Source of the DNA: an uncultured Pseudomonadota bacterium | GTDB taxonomy: Bacteria; Pseudomonadota; Gammaproteobacteria; Burkholderiales; Burkholderiaceae_C | Assembly: GCA_963788265.1 (NCBI GenBank) | Contig: CAWBGQ010000005.1 | Span: 10,344 to 34,343, forward strand | Length of the DNA stretch: 24,000 nt | Direction of reading: 5' to 3' | Part shown: positions 8,964 to 17,524 of the stretch, one piece after another | How positions within the stretch are numbered: position 1 is the first letter of the stretch | Layout: the number at the start of each line of letters is the position of its first letter | The notes under the pieces: generated by a model | The model's database searches: none | The model's input: only the letters and a program-made list of their open reading frames with translations | Told to the model about the DNA's origin: nothing | Translations under genes and position numbers: made by a program

Positions 8964-9403
8964 ACTTCGGCATGAAGCTGCACATCGGCGTGGACAGCCG
9001 CAGCGGGCTGGCGCACAGCGCGGTGGTCACGCCAGCCAACGTGCACGACAAGCACCCTATCCCGCAACTGCTGCACGGCGCCGAGCAGCGCGTCTACGGC
9101 GACAGCGCCTATGCCAGCCAGAAGGCGCTGATCCAAACCAAGTCGCCCTGCGCCAAGGACTTCACCAACCAGCGATCACGCAAGGGCGGCCACATCGATG
9201 AGGCCGTGCGCGCGAAGAACCGCTCCAAATCCCAGGTGCGCGCCCGCGTGGAGCATGTCTTCGGCGTGGTCAAGCGGCTGTGGGGATTCAACAAGGTGCG
9301 CTACCGCGGCCTCGCCAAGAACGCCACGCGCTCGTTCGTGGTGCTGGCCCTGGCCAACATCTTTCTCGCGCGAAGAACACTGTATGGAAAAGTGCGCCCA
9401 TAG
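8964..9403 (+). CDS. IS5-family DDE transposase, 3' exon (about 146 codons plus stop)
   Basis: (H/Y)FGMKLHIGVDSRSGLAHSAVVTPANVHDKHPIPQLLHGAEQRVYGDSAYASQ...RARVEHVFGVVKRLWGFNKVRYRGLAKN...LALANIFLARR is collinear with the C-terminal half of E. coli IS5 transposase (DDE residues and the ARVEH..K..FG..K.RY.GL.KN motif). The two exons sum to 975 nt, which is 324 aa plus stop. Confidence 0.88.
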
Positions 9404-9550
9404 CGCACGCCGAGCGGGCCAATGGCTCGCGGCGAGGCCGAAAAGGTCTTGGCAAGTGGCGCAATGCGCGCCGAAACAGCACCGCAGCACCCGAAATGCC
9501 ATGAAATCCAGCGTCCCGCGCGAGGTGGCTACTGGATGGCGTGCGGCGAC

Positions 9551-9568
9551 TACTTGTTCAGCGTTGCC
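9551..9568 (-). repeat. IS5-family right terminal inverted repeat (IRR)
   Basis: tacttgttcagcgttgcc is the exact reverse complement of IRL. Confidence 0.9.
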
Positions 9569-9572
9569 CTAA
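9569..9572. repeat. Right copy of the 4-bp target-site duplication CTAA
   Basis: ctaa directly abuts IRR and is identical to 6525..6528. Confidence 0.85.
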
Positions 9573-9623
9573 GCACGCCAGGCGCTAAACTTAAGGCTGC
9601 TCACACCCGAATGCAGCTTGTAC

Positions 9624-10040
9624 ATGGCAGGTCTCGAACACGACACTCCCGCAGCGACAGCGCTGACGCTGCACCAGGCGTCGCGGGTGCTTGAGGTCGG
9701 CTTTGCCGACGGCAGTGTGTTCCGCCTGCCCTTTGAGCTGATGCGGGTGTATTCACCTTCGGCCGAAGTGCAAGGGCACGGTCCGGGGCAGGAAGTGCTG
9801 CAGACCGGCAAACGCGAGGTCGGTATCGACGAGCTCGACGCCGTCGGCCACTATGGCGTGCAGCCGCGCTTTTCGGATGGCCACGATACCGGCATCTTTT
9901 CCTGGGACTACCTTTATTTTCTGGGTAGCCAGCAGGACGAATTGTGGCGGCAGTACGAGGAACGTCTGGCCGCAGCCGGAGTCGAGCGCGACGCGCCGAT
10001 GGCCGTTCCGACAGGGTCGTCCTGCGGTCATTCGCATTGA
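9624..10040 (+). CDS. DUF971 (gamma-butyrobetaine hydroxylase-like N-terminal domain) family protein (~138 aa)
   Basis: LEVGFADGSVFRLPFELMRVYSPSAEVQGHGPGQ...GHYGVQPRFSDGHDTGIFSWDYLYFLG is the characteristic DUF971 core. The gene sits immediately upstream of ubiE. The ORF track starts at TTG 9618; ATG 9624 is preferred. No clear Shine-Dalgarno sequence. Confidence 0.75.
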   Translation: MAGLEHDTPAATALTLHQASRVLEVGFADGSVFRLPFELMRVYSPSAEVQGHGPGQEVLQTGKREVGIDELDAVGHYGVQPRFSDGHDTGIFSWDYLYFLGSQQDELWRQYEERLAAAGVERDAPMAVPTGSSCGHSH

Positions 10041-10055
10041 ATCAGGATCCAGGCC

Positions 10056-10787
10056 TTGACCCAGACGCACTTCGGTTTCAAGACGGTCGACGCAGCGCAG
10101 AAGGCGCAGAAGGTGCGTGGCGTCTTCGACTCGGTGGCCTCCAGGTACGACCTGATGAACGACCTGATGTCGCTGGGCGCGCACCGGGTCTGGAAGGCCT
10201 ATGCGGTGGCGGTGGCCAACGTCAGGCCAGGGGACAAGGTGCTGGACATCGCCGCCGGAACGGGTGACCTGGCCCGTGCGTTTGCTCGCCAGGCCGGGGC
10301 CGGTGGCACCGTGGTGCACACCGACATCAACGAAGCGATGCTGCGCACCGGGCGCGACCGGCTGCTGGATGAGGGGCTGGTCCTGCCCAGCAGCGTGTGC
10401 GACGCCGAGCAGCTGCCGTTTCGATCCGGCAGCTTCGACCTGGCCAGCGTGGCCTTCGGCCTGCGCAACATGACCCACAAGGACCGGGCACTGGCCGAGA
10501 TGTGCCGGGTGCTGCGGCCGGGCGGCCGGCTGCTGGTGCTGGAGTTCTCGCGGGTGGCCGAACCGCTGCGCAAACCCTACGAATGGTACTCGTTCAATGT
10601 CCTGCCACGCCTGGGCAAATGGGTGGCCGGCGATGCCGAAAGCTACCGTTACCTGGCCGAGTCCATCCGCATGCACCCGTCGCAACAGGAATTAAAGGTG
10701 ATGATGCAGGCGGCCGGTTTCGGCCACGTGGACGTGCACAACCTGACTGCCGGGGTGGTCGCCCTGCACGTGGGGGTGAAGTGCTGA
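10056..10787 (+). CDS. ubiE: Ubiquinone/menaquinone biosynthesis C-methyltransferase UbiE (243 aa)
   Basis: THFGFKTV....[28 protein letters not shown], the SAM-binding [24 protein letters not shown] and [11 protein letters not shown] motifs are all collinear with E. coli UbiE. Confidence 0.92.
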   Translation: MTQTHFGFKTVDAAQKAQKVRGVFDSVASRYDLMNDLMSLGAHRVWKAYAVAVANVRPGDKVLDIAAGTGDLARAFARQAGAGGTVVHTDINEAMLRTGRDRLLDEGLVLPSSVCDAEQLPFRSGSFDLASVAFGLRNMTHKDRALAEMCRVLRPGGRLLVLEFSRVAEPLRKPYEWYSFNVLPRLGKWVAGDAESYRYLAESIRMHPSQQELKVMMQAAGFGHVDVHNLTAGVVALHVGVKC

Positions 10788-11071
10788 GGTTCCTGTTGCG
10801 GTAGTCGAGCTGGGACGATGTACCCAGGTGTAGCCAGCGCGAGCGAAACCGCAAATCGGTGAGTCGCCGGCAAATTACAGTCGAGGAGCAAGTCGAGCGG
10901 CGCCGCTGCCCCGCGCCCTTGGTCAGTGAGGTTGGCTGTGCCTGCCCACTATCACCTGTCGATCCAGTCAGCGTCGACGCTTACACTCTCGTAACTTTGC
11001 TTTGGGCAGGTACCGATCGAACCGTCGGGAGCGTTCGTTTCCTTGGCCCCGCATGCTGGAGACAAACAACG

Positions 11072-12061
11072 ATGCAAACCGCGGTTGCCCGATTTCGAAC
11101 CATAACGACCTGGAGAATCGCGGCGGTGCTGGCGACTACCAGTGCCGCGATCCTGGTGACGGGCTGCGAAGAAAAGAAGAAGGACAACGGGGTTGCACTG
11201 GCCGCGGCGAAGGTCAACAAGGAAGAGATCACCGTTCAGCAGCTTAACCATGTACTTCAGCAGCAGCGAGGCCTGAAACCGGAGCAGGCCGAAGCCGCGT
11301 CCAGGCAGATCCTGGAGCGGCTGATTGATCAGGAGTTGGCGCTGCAGAAAGCCACCGAGTTGAAACTGGACCGCGAGCCCCGGGTGATGCTGCAGTTGGA
11401 AGCGGCCAGGCGCGACGTACTGTCTCGTGCCTACCTCGAGAAGGCGGGTGAGGCCGCCAGTAGGCCAACGACTGAAGAGGTTGCCAAGTACTACGAAGCG
11501 AATCCGGCGCTTTTCAAAGATCGCCGTATCTACAGCCTGCAGGAATTGGCCATCGAGGCCAAACCCGAGCAAGTTGCCCAACTCAGGACGCAGCTGGGAC
11601 AGGCGAAGAATGTTGCCGAGTTTGTCGAGTATTTGAAGATCAACGATATTCGGTTCAGTGGAAACCGGGCGGTCCGTGCGGCAGAGCAATTGCCACTTCC
11701 CAGTCTGGCAACCTTTGCAGCGATGAAGGACGGCCAGTCAATACTGAACGCAACGCCGAGTGGAGCCCAAGTTGTAGTTCTGGCAGGTTCCCGTTTGCAA
11801 CCGGTGACGTTGCAACAGGCCACGCCGGCTATAGAGCAGTTCTTGCTCAATGAGCGCAAGCGCGACATCCTTGCGAAGGACATCAAGGCGCTGCGTGACG
11901 CAGCGATCATTGAATACGTCGGCAAGTACGTTGGGTCAGGCAACGCATCTGCATCTGCGGTCGGTGCATCGGCAACTCTGTCGCTCCCCTCGCCCGAGGC
12001 AGCCGCTTCGGACGGGCTGGGCGAATCGTCGAATCCCATCAAAGGCGCGGCGCCGAAATGA
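11072..12061 (+). CDS. EpsD-family (PEP-CTERM/EPS-locus type) peptidyl-prolyl cis-trans isomerase-like lipoprotein (329 aa)
   Basis: Signal peptide with lipobox (AAILVTGC). The SurA-N-like region VNKEEITVQQLNHVLQQQ...ILERLIDQELALQKA and the overall layout match what I recall of EpsD-family PPIases found at the head of Methylobacillus-type eps/PEP-CTERM loci. GGAGA lies 10 nt upstream of ATG 11072. The upstream part of the ORF-track call (10859, GTG) looks non-coding. Family assignment is from memory, not a search. Confidence 0.65.
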   Translation: MQTAVARFRTITTWRIAAVLATTSAAILVTGCEEKKKDNGVALAAAKVNKEEITVQQLNHVLQQQRGLKPEQAEAASRQILERLIDQELALQKATELKLDREPRVMLQLEAARRDVLSRAYLEKAGEAASRPTTEEVAKYYEANPALFKDRRIYSLQELAIEAKPEQVAQLRTQLGQAKNVAEFVEYLKINDIRFSGNRAVRAAEQLPLPSLATFAAMKDGQSILNATPSGAQVVVLAGSRLQPVTLQQATPAIEQFLLNERKRDILAKDIKALRDAAIIEYVGKYVGSGNASASAVGASATLSLPSPEAAASDGLGESSNPIKGAAPK

Positions 12062-12428
12062 TGAGGGTGCCTGCTCGCAAGCGTTGACCTTTGTTTCTTC
12101 GTGATCCATGGCGGCGAACGATGCCGGTCCTGTTGTGGCGGGCGTCTTGCGATGAGACCGAGCCCTGGCCTGTGGATGAGGAAGGGGGGCGTTGGTTGCC
12201 GTTCAATCGGCGCCATATCCACGCGGTCGGCGGCAAGCAGGTTTCTGGGTCGGGAGTGCATGCTTACCCTGCGACTTTTCGGCGTCGATTGAACCCGGCT
12301 TATGCAGCGGCCGTCCCGCCGCAGGCGGCGCGAAACGAACAAGGCCTCTTTTCCGTTTCACTCGGAACGGGGAGTGGCATCCCGTTCAGCGCCATAGCGC
12401 AACGGCCCGTTCACGCCCGAGTCAGCTC

Positions 12429-12456
12429 CGCAATGCGCAATGCGCAATGCGCAGTG
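12429..12456. repeat. Heptanucleotide tandem repeat (CGCAATG x3 plus degenerate CGCAGTG)
   Basis: Read directly: cgcaatg cgcaatg cgcaatg cgcagtg. It lies about 95 nt upstream of the epimerase start codon. Confidence 0.8.
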
Positions 12457-12549
12457 TGCAGCAATGTGGTGTTTGACGCGGATGCTGTTTGTCGGGCTCG
12501 CGGATAATCCTCGACGTTTCGACTCACAGGCGCTCCTTGCCTGCAACAA

Positions 12550-13557
12550 ATGAAAATCCTGGTCACGGGCGCGGCTGGCTTCATAGGCATGCATGTTTCG
12601 CAGCTGCTGCTGGCGCGAGGCGATCGAGTGGTCGGCTTGGACAACCTCAACGACTACTACAGCCCGGAACTCAAGCGCGATCGTCTGTCCAGGCTGTTGC
12701 CTGCGGAAAACTTCAGCTTCGTCAAGATGGACGTGGCAGATCGCGCCGGCATGGCGTCGCTGTTCGCCGAGGAGAATTTCGATCGCGTGGTGCATCTTGC
12801 CGCCCAGGCCGGCGTGCGCTACTCCCTGCTGAATCCCCACGCCTACATCGACAGCAACGTCGTGGGCTTCATGAACGTTCTCGAAGGCTGCCGACACAGC
12901 GGCGTGGAACACCTTGTGTATGCATCAAGTTCGAGCGTCTATGGGGGCAACACCAAGATGCCCTTCTCGGAGCACGACAACATCGACCATCCGGTGAGCA
13001 TGTACGCGGCCACGAAGAAGGCCAACGAGTTGATGGCGCACACCTACAGCCATCTGTTCGGGACGGCCACGACCGGCCTGCGGTTCTTTACCGTGTACGG
13101 TCCGTGGGGCCGGCCGGACATGGCACTCTTCCTGTTTGCCAAGGCCATCCTCGAGGATCGCCCGATCGACGTGTTCAATCACGGCCAGATGGTGCGCGAT
13201 TTCACGTACATCGACGACATTGCCGAAGGCGTCGTGCGCGTTCTCGACCGCCCTGCGGCGGCCGATCCTGCGTTCGATCCGGCCCTGCCGGACCCCGCGC
13301 GAAGCAACTCGCCGTACCGCGTGTTCAACATCGGCAACAGCGATCCCGTCAGGCTGATGGACTTCATCGAGTCGATCGAACAGGCGCTGGACAAGCCGGC
13401 GTTGAAGAACTTCATGCCGCTGCAGGACGGCGACGTACCGACGACCTTTGCCGACGTCACGGAATTGGCCGGCTGGACCGGGTTCAAGCCGGGCACCCCG
13501 GTGCGCGAAGGCGTAGGACGGTTCGTGGACTGGTATCGCAGTTACTATGGGATTTGA
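12550..13557 (+). CDS. NAD-dependent nucleotide-sugar epimerase, UDP-glucuronate 4-epimerase-like (CapI/LpsL type, 335 aa)
   Basis: [13 protein letters not shown] Rossmann motif. [11 protein letters not shown]. The catalytic block SSSSVYG...[41 protein letters not shown]. This is the typical signature set of the UDP-GlcA 4-epimerase subfamily of extended SDRs. Confidence 0.85.
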   Translation: MKILVTGAAGFIGMHVSQLLLARGDRVVGLDNLNDYYSPELKRDRLSRLLPAENFSFVKMDVADRAGMASLFAEENFDRVVHLAAQAGVRYSLLNPHAYIDSNVVGFMNVLEGCRHSGVEHLVYASSSSVYGGNTKMPFSEHDNIDHPVSMYAATKKANELMAHTYSHLFGTATTGLRFFTVYGPWGRPDMALFLFAKAILEDRPIDVFNHGQMVRDFTYIDDIAEGVVRVLDRPAAADPAFDPALPDPARSNSPYRVFNIGNSDPVRLMDFIESIEQALDKPALKNFMPLQDGDVPTTFADVTELAGWTGFKPGTPVREGVGRFVDWYRSYYGI

Positions 13558-13605
13558 GCGGCGTCGCATTGACGCGAGAAGCACACATTCTGAAATCGAA
13601 AATCC

Positions 13606-14887
13606 ATGACCATCATCGCTGTAATTGGACTGGGCTACGTCGGCCTGCCGCTCGCCGTAGAGTTCGGCAAGAAGTATGAAACCCTGGGCTTCGACCTCGC
13701 GGCGGACAAAGTGGCCGCTTATGCGCGACACGTGGACCCCACAGGGGAGGTCAGCACCGAGGATCTGCGCGCGGCCGCTCGTCTGACTTGCAGCACGGAC
13801 CCCACCGTCATTGGCAGGGCGGATTTCATCGTCGTTGCCGTGCCCACGCCCGTGGACGACGCCCATCAACCGGATTTCACCCCGCTCGTGAAGTCATCGG
13901 AGAGTGTGGGCAGGCACCTGAAGCGCGGTGCCACCGTGGTGTTCGAATCGACGGTCTATCCTGGCGCAACCGAGGAAGTCTGCATCCCCATCATCGAGAA
14001 ACATTCAGGCCTGAAGTGGAAGCGTGACTTTTTCGTCGGCTACAGCCCTGAACGCATCAACCCGGGTGACAAGGAGCGCACGGTCACGAAGATTGTCAAG
14101 GTGGTGTCCGGCGATACGCCCGAGACGCTGGAGCGTGTGGCTTCGGTGTACGGCTCGATCATCACTGCAGGGGTGTACCCTGCCAGCAGCATCAAGGTGG
14201 CAGAGGCCGCCAAGGTGATCGAGAACACTCAACGCGACCTGAACATCGCGCTGATGAACGAGTTGTCGGTCATCTTCCACCGCATCGGGATCGACACGCT
14301 CGAGGTCCTGAAGGCCGCAGGGACGAAGTGGAACTTCCTGCCCTTCAGGCCCGGGCTTGGTGGGCGGGCATTGCATCGGCGTGGACCCGTACTACCTGAC
14401 CCACAAGGCCGAGATGCTGGGCTACACGCCGCAGGTCATCCTGGCCGGACGCCGCATCAACGACGGCATGGGCAAGTACGTGGCAGAGCAGACGGTGAAG
14501 CAGATGATCGCCAATGACCTGCCTGTCAAGGGCGCCCCTGTCATCGTGCTTGGAATGACCTTCAAGGAGAACTGCCCCGATATCCGCAACAGCAAGGTGA
14601 TCGACGTGGTGCGCGAACTGCAGAGCTTCGGCGCCGATGTGCGGGTACATGACCCGATTGCCAACTCGGCCGAATGCGAGCACGAGTACGGAATCGCGCT
14701 CACCGATTGGGATGCACTTCCGCAGGCTTCGGCCATGGTCGCGGCCGTGTCGCACCACGAGTACGCGGGCATGGGCGTCGCAGGGCTGCTGCGCAAGTTG
14801 GCGCCTGGCGGTGTCTTCGCCGACGTGAAGAGCGCCTACGACCTGGCGGCACTGCAGGCTGCTGGAGTCACACCCTGGCGACTGTGA
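13606..14887 (+). pseudogene. Nucleotide-sugar (UDP-N-acetyl-hexosamine / TviB-WbpO-like) dehydrogenase, interrupted by a +1 frameshift near 14359
   Basis: Frame 1 (13606..) reads [21 protein letters not shown]...[11 protein letters not shown]...[24 protein letters not shown]...[10 protein letters not shown]. Homology then continues in another frame as [13 protein letters not shown]...GMTFKENCPDIRNS... to the stop at 14887. Removing one G from cttGGtggg (14359/14360) restores [10 protein letters not shown] and a 426-aa protein. Confidence 0.85.
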
Positions 14888-14963
14888 ACCCTTCGATAGC
14901 GGGATCGTGAAGGCCGAGCCCTTGGCGTGCTGACGCCGCGTGCGGCCGGCAATCCATCGCCTG

Positions 14964-16760
14964 TCAGCTGTCGGTCCGCGTCTGCGCGTTCCTCAGGCGA
15001 ATGTGCAGCTCGCGCAACTGCCCCTCATCCACCGCGCTCGGCGCTCCGGTCAGCAGGCACTGGGCCCTCTGCGTCTTCGGGAACGCGATGACGTCTCTGA
15101 GGGATTCGGCGCCGGTCATCAGCATCACGAAACGGTCCAGACCAATGGCAATGCCACCATGCGGAGGAGCGCCGTACTGCAACGCGTCCAGCAGGAAGCC
15201 GAACTTCGCCCGCGCCTCCTCGGCGCTGATGTTCAGCGCCCGGAACACCTTGCTCTGCACTTCCTCGCGGTGGATACGCACCGATCCGCCACCCAGTTCG
15301 ATACCGTTCAAGACGACGTCGTAGGCCTTCGCAATGCAGCGGCCGGGGTCGGTCTGCAGCCAGTCCTCATGCCCGTCCTTCGGCGCGGTGAAGGGGTGAT
15401 GTACGGCGTTCCAGCGCCCGGCCGCGTCGTCGTGCTCGAACATGGGGAAGTCGACCACCCACAGCGGCTCCCAGTCGCCCTGGACCAGACCGTTGGCCTT
15501 GCCAAAGTCGCTGTGGCCGACCTTCACGCGCAAGGCACCTATCGCATCGTTGACGATCTTCGCCTTGTCGGCCCCAAAGAACAGCAGGTCACCGTTGGTG
15601 GCGCCCGTGCGCCGCAGAACCTCCGCAAGGGCTTGGTCGTGCAGGTTCTTCACCACCGGGGACTGCAGGCCCTCGCGACCCTTGTCGACGTCGTTTACCT
15701 TGATCCAGGCCAGTCCCTTGGCGCCATAGATCTTGACGAACTCGGTGTAGGCGTCGATCTCGCTGCGGCTGATCTCGGCACCGCCCGGAATGCGAAGCGC
15801 CACCACGCGCCCATCGGGCTGGGCGGCAGGACCAGCAAAGACCTTGAACTCCACTTCGCGCATCACGTCGGTCAGCTCGGTCAGTTCCAGCTTGACGCGC
15901 AGGTCGGGCTTGTCCGACCCGTACAGCCGCATCGCGTCGGCGTACTTCATCACCGGAAAGGCAGGCAGCTCCACGCCGATCGCATGCTGGAAGGTGCTGC
16001 GGATCATGCCCTCGAACATCGTGCGGATCTCTTCCTCGGTGAGGAAGGAGGTCTCGATGTCGATCTGCGTGAATTCGGGCTGGCGATCGGCCCGCAGGTC
16101 TTCGTCGCGGAAACACTTGGTGATCTGGTAGTAGCGGTCGAAGCCGGCCACCATCAGCAACTGCTTGAACAGCTGCGGGCTCTGTGGCAGCGCAAAGAAC
16201 TGCCCGTCGTGCACGCGGCTGGGCACCAGATAATCGCGCGCTCCTTCCGGTGTACTGCGGGTGAGCATCGGCGTCTCGATGTCGATGAAGCCGTTGGCAT
16301 CGAGGAACTTGCGCACTTCCATCGCCACGCGGTAGCGAAGCATCAGGTTGCGCTGCATGTAGGGCCTGCGCAGGTCCAGCACGCGATGCGTCAGCCGCGT
16401 TGTCTCCGACAGATTCTCGTCGTCGATCTGGAATGGCGGCGAAATGCTCGGGTTCAAGACCTCGAGCTCACGGCACAACACCTCGATCCTGCCGCTTGTC
16501 AGATTGACGTTCTCGGTGCCGGCCGGTCGGGCCCGCACCAGGCCCACCACCTTCAGGCAGAACTCGTTGCGCACACCTTCTGCCGTAGCGAACATCGCGG
16601 CGCGGTCCGGGTCGCAAACCACCTGAACCAGGCCCTCGCGGTCACGCAGGTCGATGAAGATCACGCCGCCATGGTCGCGCCGGCGATGGGCCCAGCCCAT
16701 CAGGGTGACTGTCTGGCCCATCAGCGCTTCGCTGACAAGGCCGCAATAGATGGTTCTCAT
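14964..16760 (-). CDS. aspS: Aspartate--tRNA ligase (598 aa)
   Basis: MRTIYCGLV...[40 protein letters not shown] (class II motif 2 region) and GGGSVRIH...[12 protein letters not shown] (motif 3) are present. Start chosen at ATG 16760, with GGAG about 10 nt upstream, rather than the longer ORF-track start at 16814. Confidence 0.93.
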   Translation of the reverse strand: MRTIYCGLVSEALMGQTVTLMGWAHRRRDHGGVIFIDLRDREGLVQVVCDPDRAAMFATAEGVRNEFCLKVVGLVRARPAGTENVNLTSGRIEVLCRELEVLNPSISPPFQIDDENLSETTRLTHRVLDLRRPYMQRNLMLRYRVAMEVRKFLDANGFIDIETPMLTRSTPEGARDYLVPSRVHDGQFFALPQSPQLFKQLLMVAGFDRYYQITKCFRDEDLRADRQPEFTQIDIETSFLTEEEIRTMFEGMIRSTFQHAIGVELPAFPVMKYADAMRLYGSDKPDLRVKLELTELTDVMREVEFKVFAGPAAQPDGRVVALRIPGGAEISRSEIDAYTEFVKIYGAKGLAWIKVNDVDKGREGLQSPVVKNLHDQALAEVLRRTGATNGDLLFFGADKAKIVNDAIGALRVKVGHSDFGKANGLVQGDWEPLWVVDFPMFEHDDAAGRWNAVHHPFTAPKDGHEDWLQTDPGRCIAKAYDVVLNGIELGGGSVRIHREEVQSKVFRALNISAEEARAKFGFLLDALQYGAPPHGGIAIGLDRFVMLMTGAESLRDVIAFPKTQRAQCLLTGAPSAVDEGQLRELHIRLRNAQTRTDS

Positions 16761-16870
16761 GCATGTTGCTCCGCTAGTCTGGTGTGTCGGCTGCCTGTGG
16801 GGCGACGGTGCCACTCGCCAGGCGTCTGCCGTCGTGGCTGGGCCGGCTGCCCCAGGTGATTGCCGCCCGT

Positions 16871-17524
16871 TCAGCTGCCCGGGTTTCGCGCCGGCTGCAC
16901 TGCGGGCGCCCTGTTAGACGGGGCGACCACACCCATCGAGATGATGTACTTCAAGGCCTCATCAACGCTCATGTCCAGCGCCACCACGTCGGCACGCGGC
17001 ATCATCAGGAAAAAGCCCGAGGTCGGATTGGGCGTGGTCGGCACGTAGACGCTGACATAGGCGCCCGACAGATGCTGGGCCACCTCGCCGCCCGGCTTTC
17101 CGGTCACGAAAGCGATGGTCCAGGAGCCCTGGCGCGGATACTGCACCAGCACCGCCTCACGAAAGGCATTGCCGCTGCTCGAGAACAGCGTGTCCGAGAC
17201 CTGCTTGACCGAGCTGTAGACCGACCGGACGATCGGGATCTTGTGCAGAAGGCGATTCCACTGGCGTAGCCACCACTGGCCGAAGATGTTGGTCGCAAAC
17301 ACGCCAGTCAGCAGCAACCCCAGGCCCATGACCAGCACGCCGAGCCCGGGTACATGCCGAAGCCGCTCGATGCTGGCATGGGCCGAAGCCGGCAGCAGCG
17401 CCTGCGGTGCTGTAAGCAACCAGGCGAAGAGACCGTCCATGGCGCCGAGCAGCCATGACAGCACCCACACGGTGATGGCCAGCGGCGTCCATACCAGCAG
17501 CCCCGCAAGGAGATACTTCTTCAC
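16871..17524 (-). CDS. DUF502 domain-containing membrane protein (217 aa)
   Basis: Two N-terminal TM segments, then the conserved core [19 protein letters not shown]....[11 protein letters not shown]...FVT and [19 protein letters not shown]. The GTG start overlaps the fmdB-like stop by 4 nt (GTGA). Confidence 0.8.
   Translation of the reverse strand: MKKYLLAGLLVWTPLAITVWVLSWLLGAMDGLFAWLLTAPQALLPASAHASIERLRHVPGLGVLVMGLGLLLTGVFATNIFGQWWLRQWNRLLHKIPIVRSVYSSVKQVSDTLFSSSGNAFREAVLVQYPRQGSWTIAFVTGKPGGEVAQHLSGAYVSVYVPTTPNPTSGFFLMMPRADVVALDMSVDEALKYIISMGVVAPSNRAPAVQPARNPGS

Larger units (their letters stand above)
6529..9568 (+). mobile_element. IS5-family insertion sequence (3040 bp including a 1850-nt group II intron; 1190 bp without it)
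   Basis: 18-bp perfect terminal inverted repeats (GGCAACGCTGAACAAGTA at 6529..6546; reverse complement at 9551..9568). Flanked by a CTAA direct repeat. Encodes a split IS5-type DDE transposase. The intron-free length matches the ~1.2 kb typical of IS5. Confidence 0.92.

Noticed and set aside
11009-11030. tRNA-like T-loop sequence (minus strand GGTTCGATC) that could mark a tRNA-fragment island boundary after ubiE
   Set aside because: The flanking bases cannot form a 5-bp T-stem or an acceptor stem, and no other tRNA elements are nearby. It is a chance match.
14940-16859. 639-aa plus-strand ORF opposite aspS. The same applies to 17954..19630 (+) opposite ubiB, 1012..2373 (+) and 1451..3088 (-) around ugpB, 11..1090 (+) and 75..947 (-) around ugpA, 12925..13869 (-), 9753..10685 (-), 10952..11689 (-) and 11530..12342 (-)
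   Set aside because: All overlap strongly supported genes on the other strand or in another frame. They have the Arg/Gly/Ala/Pro/His-rich composition typical of spurious ORFs in GC-rich DNA.
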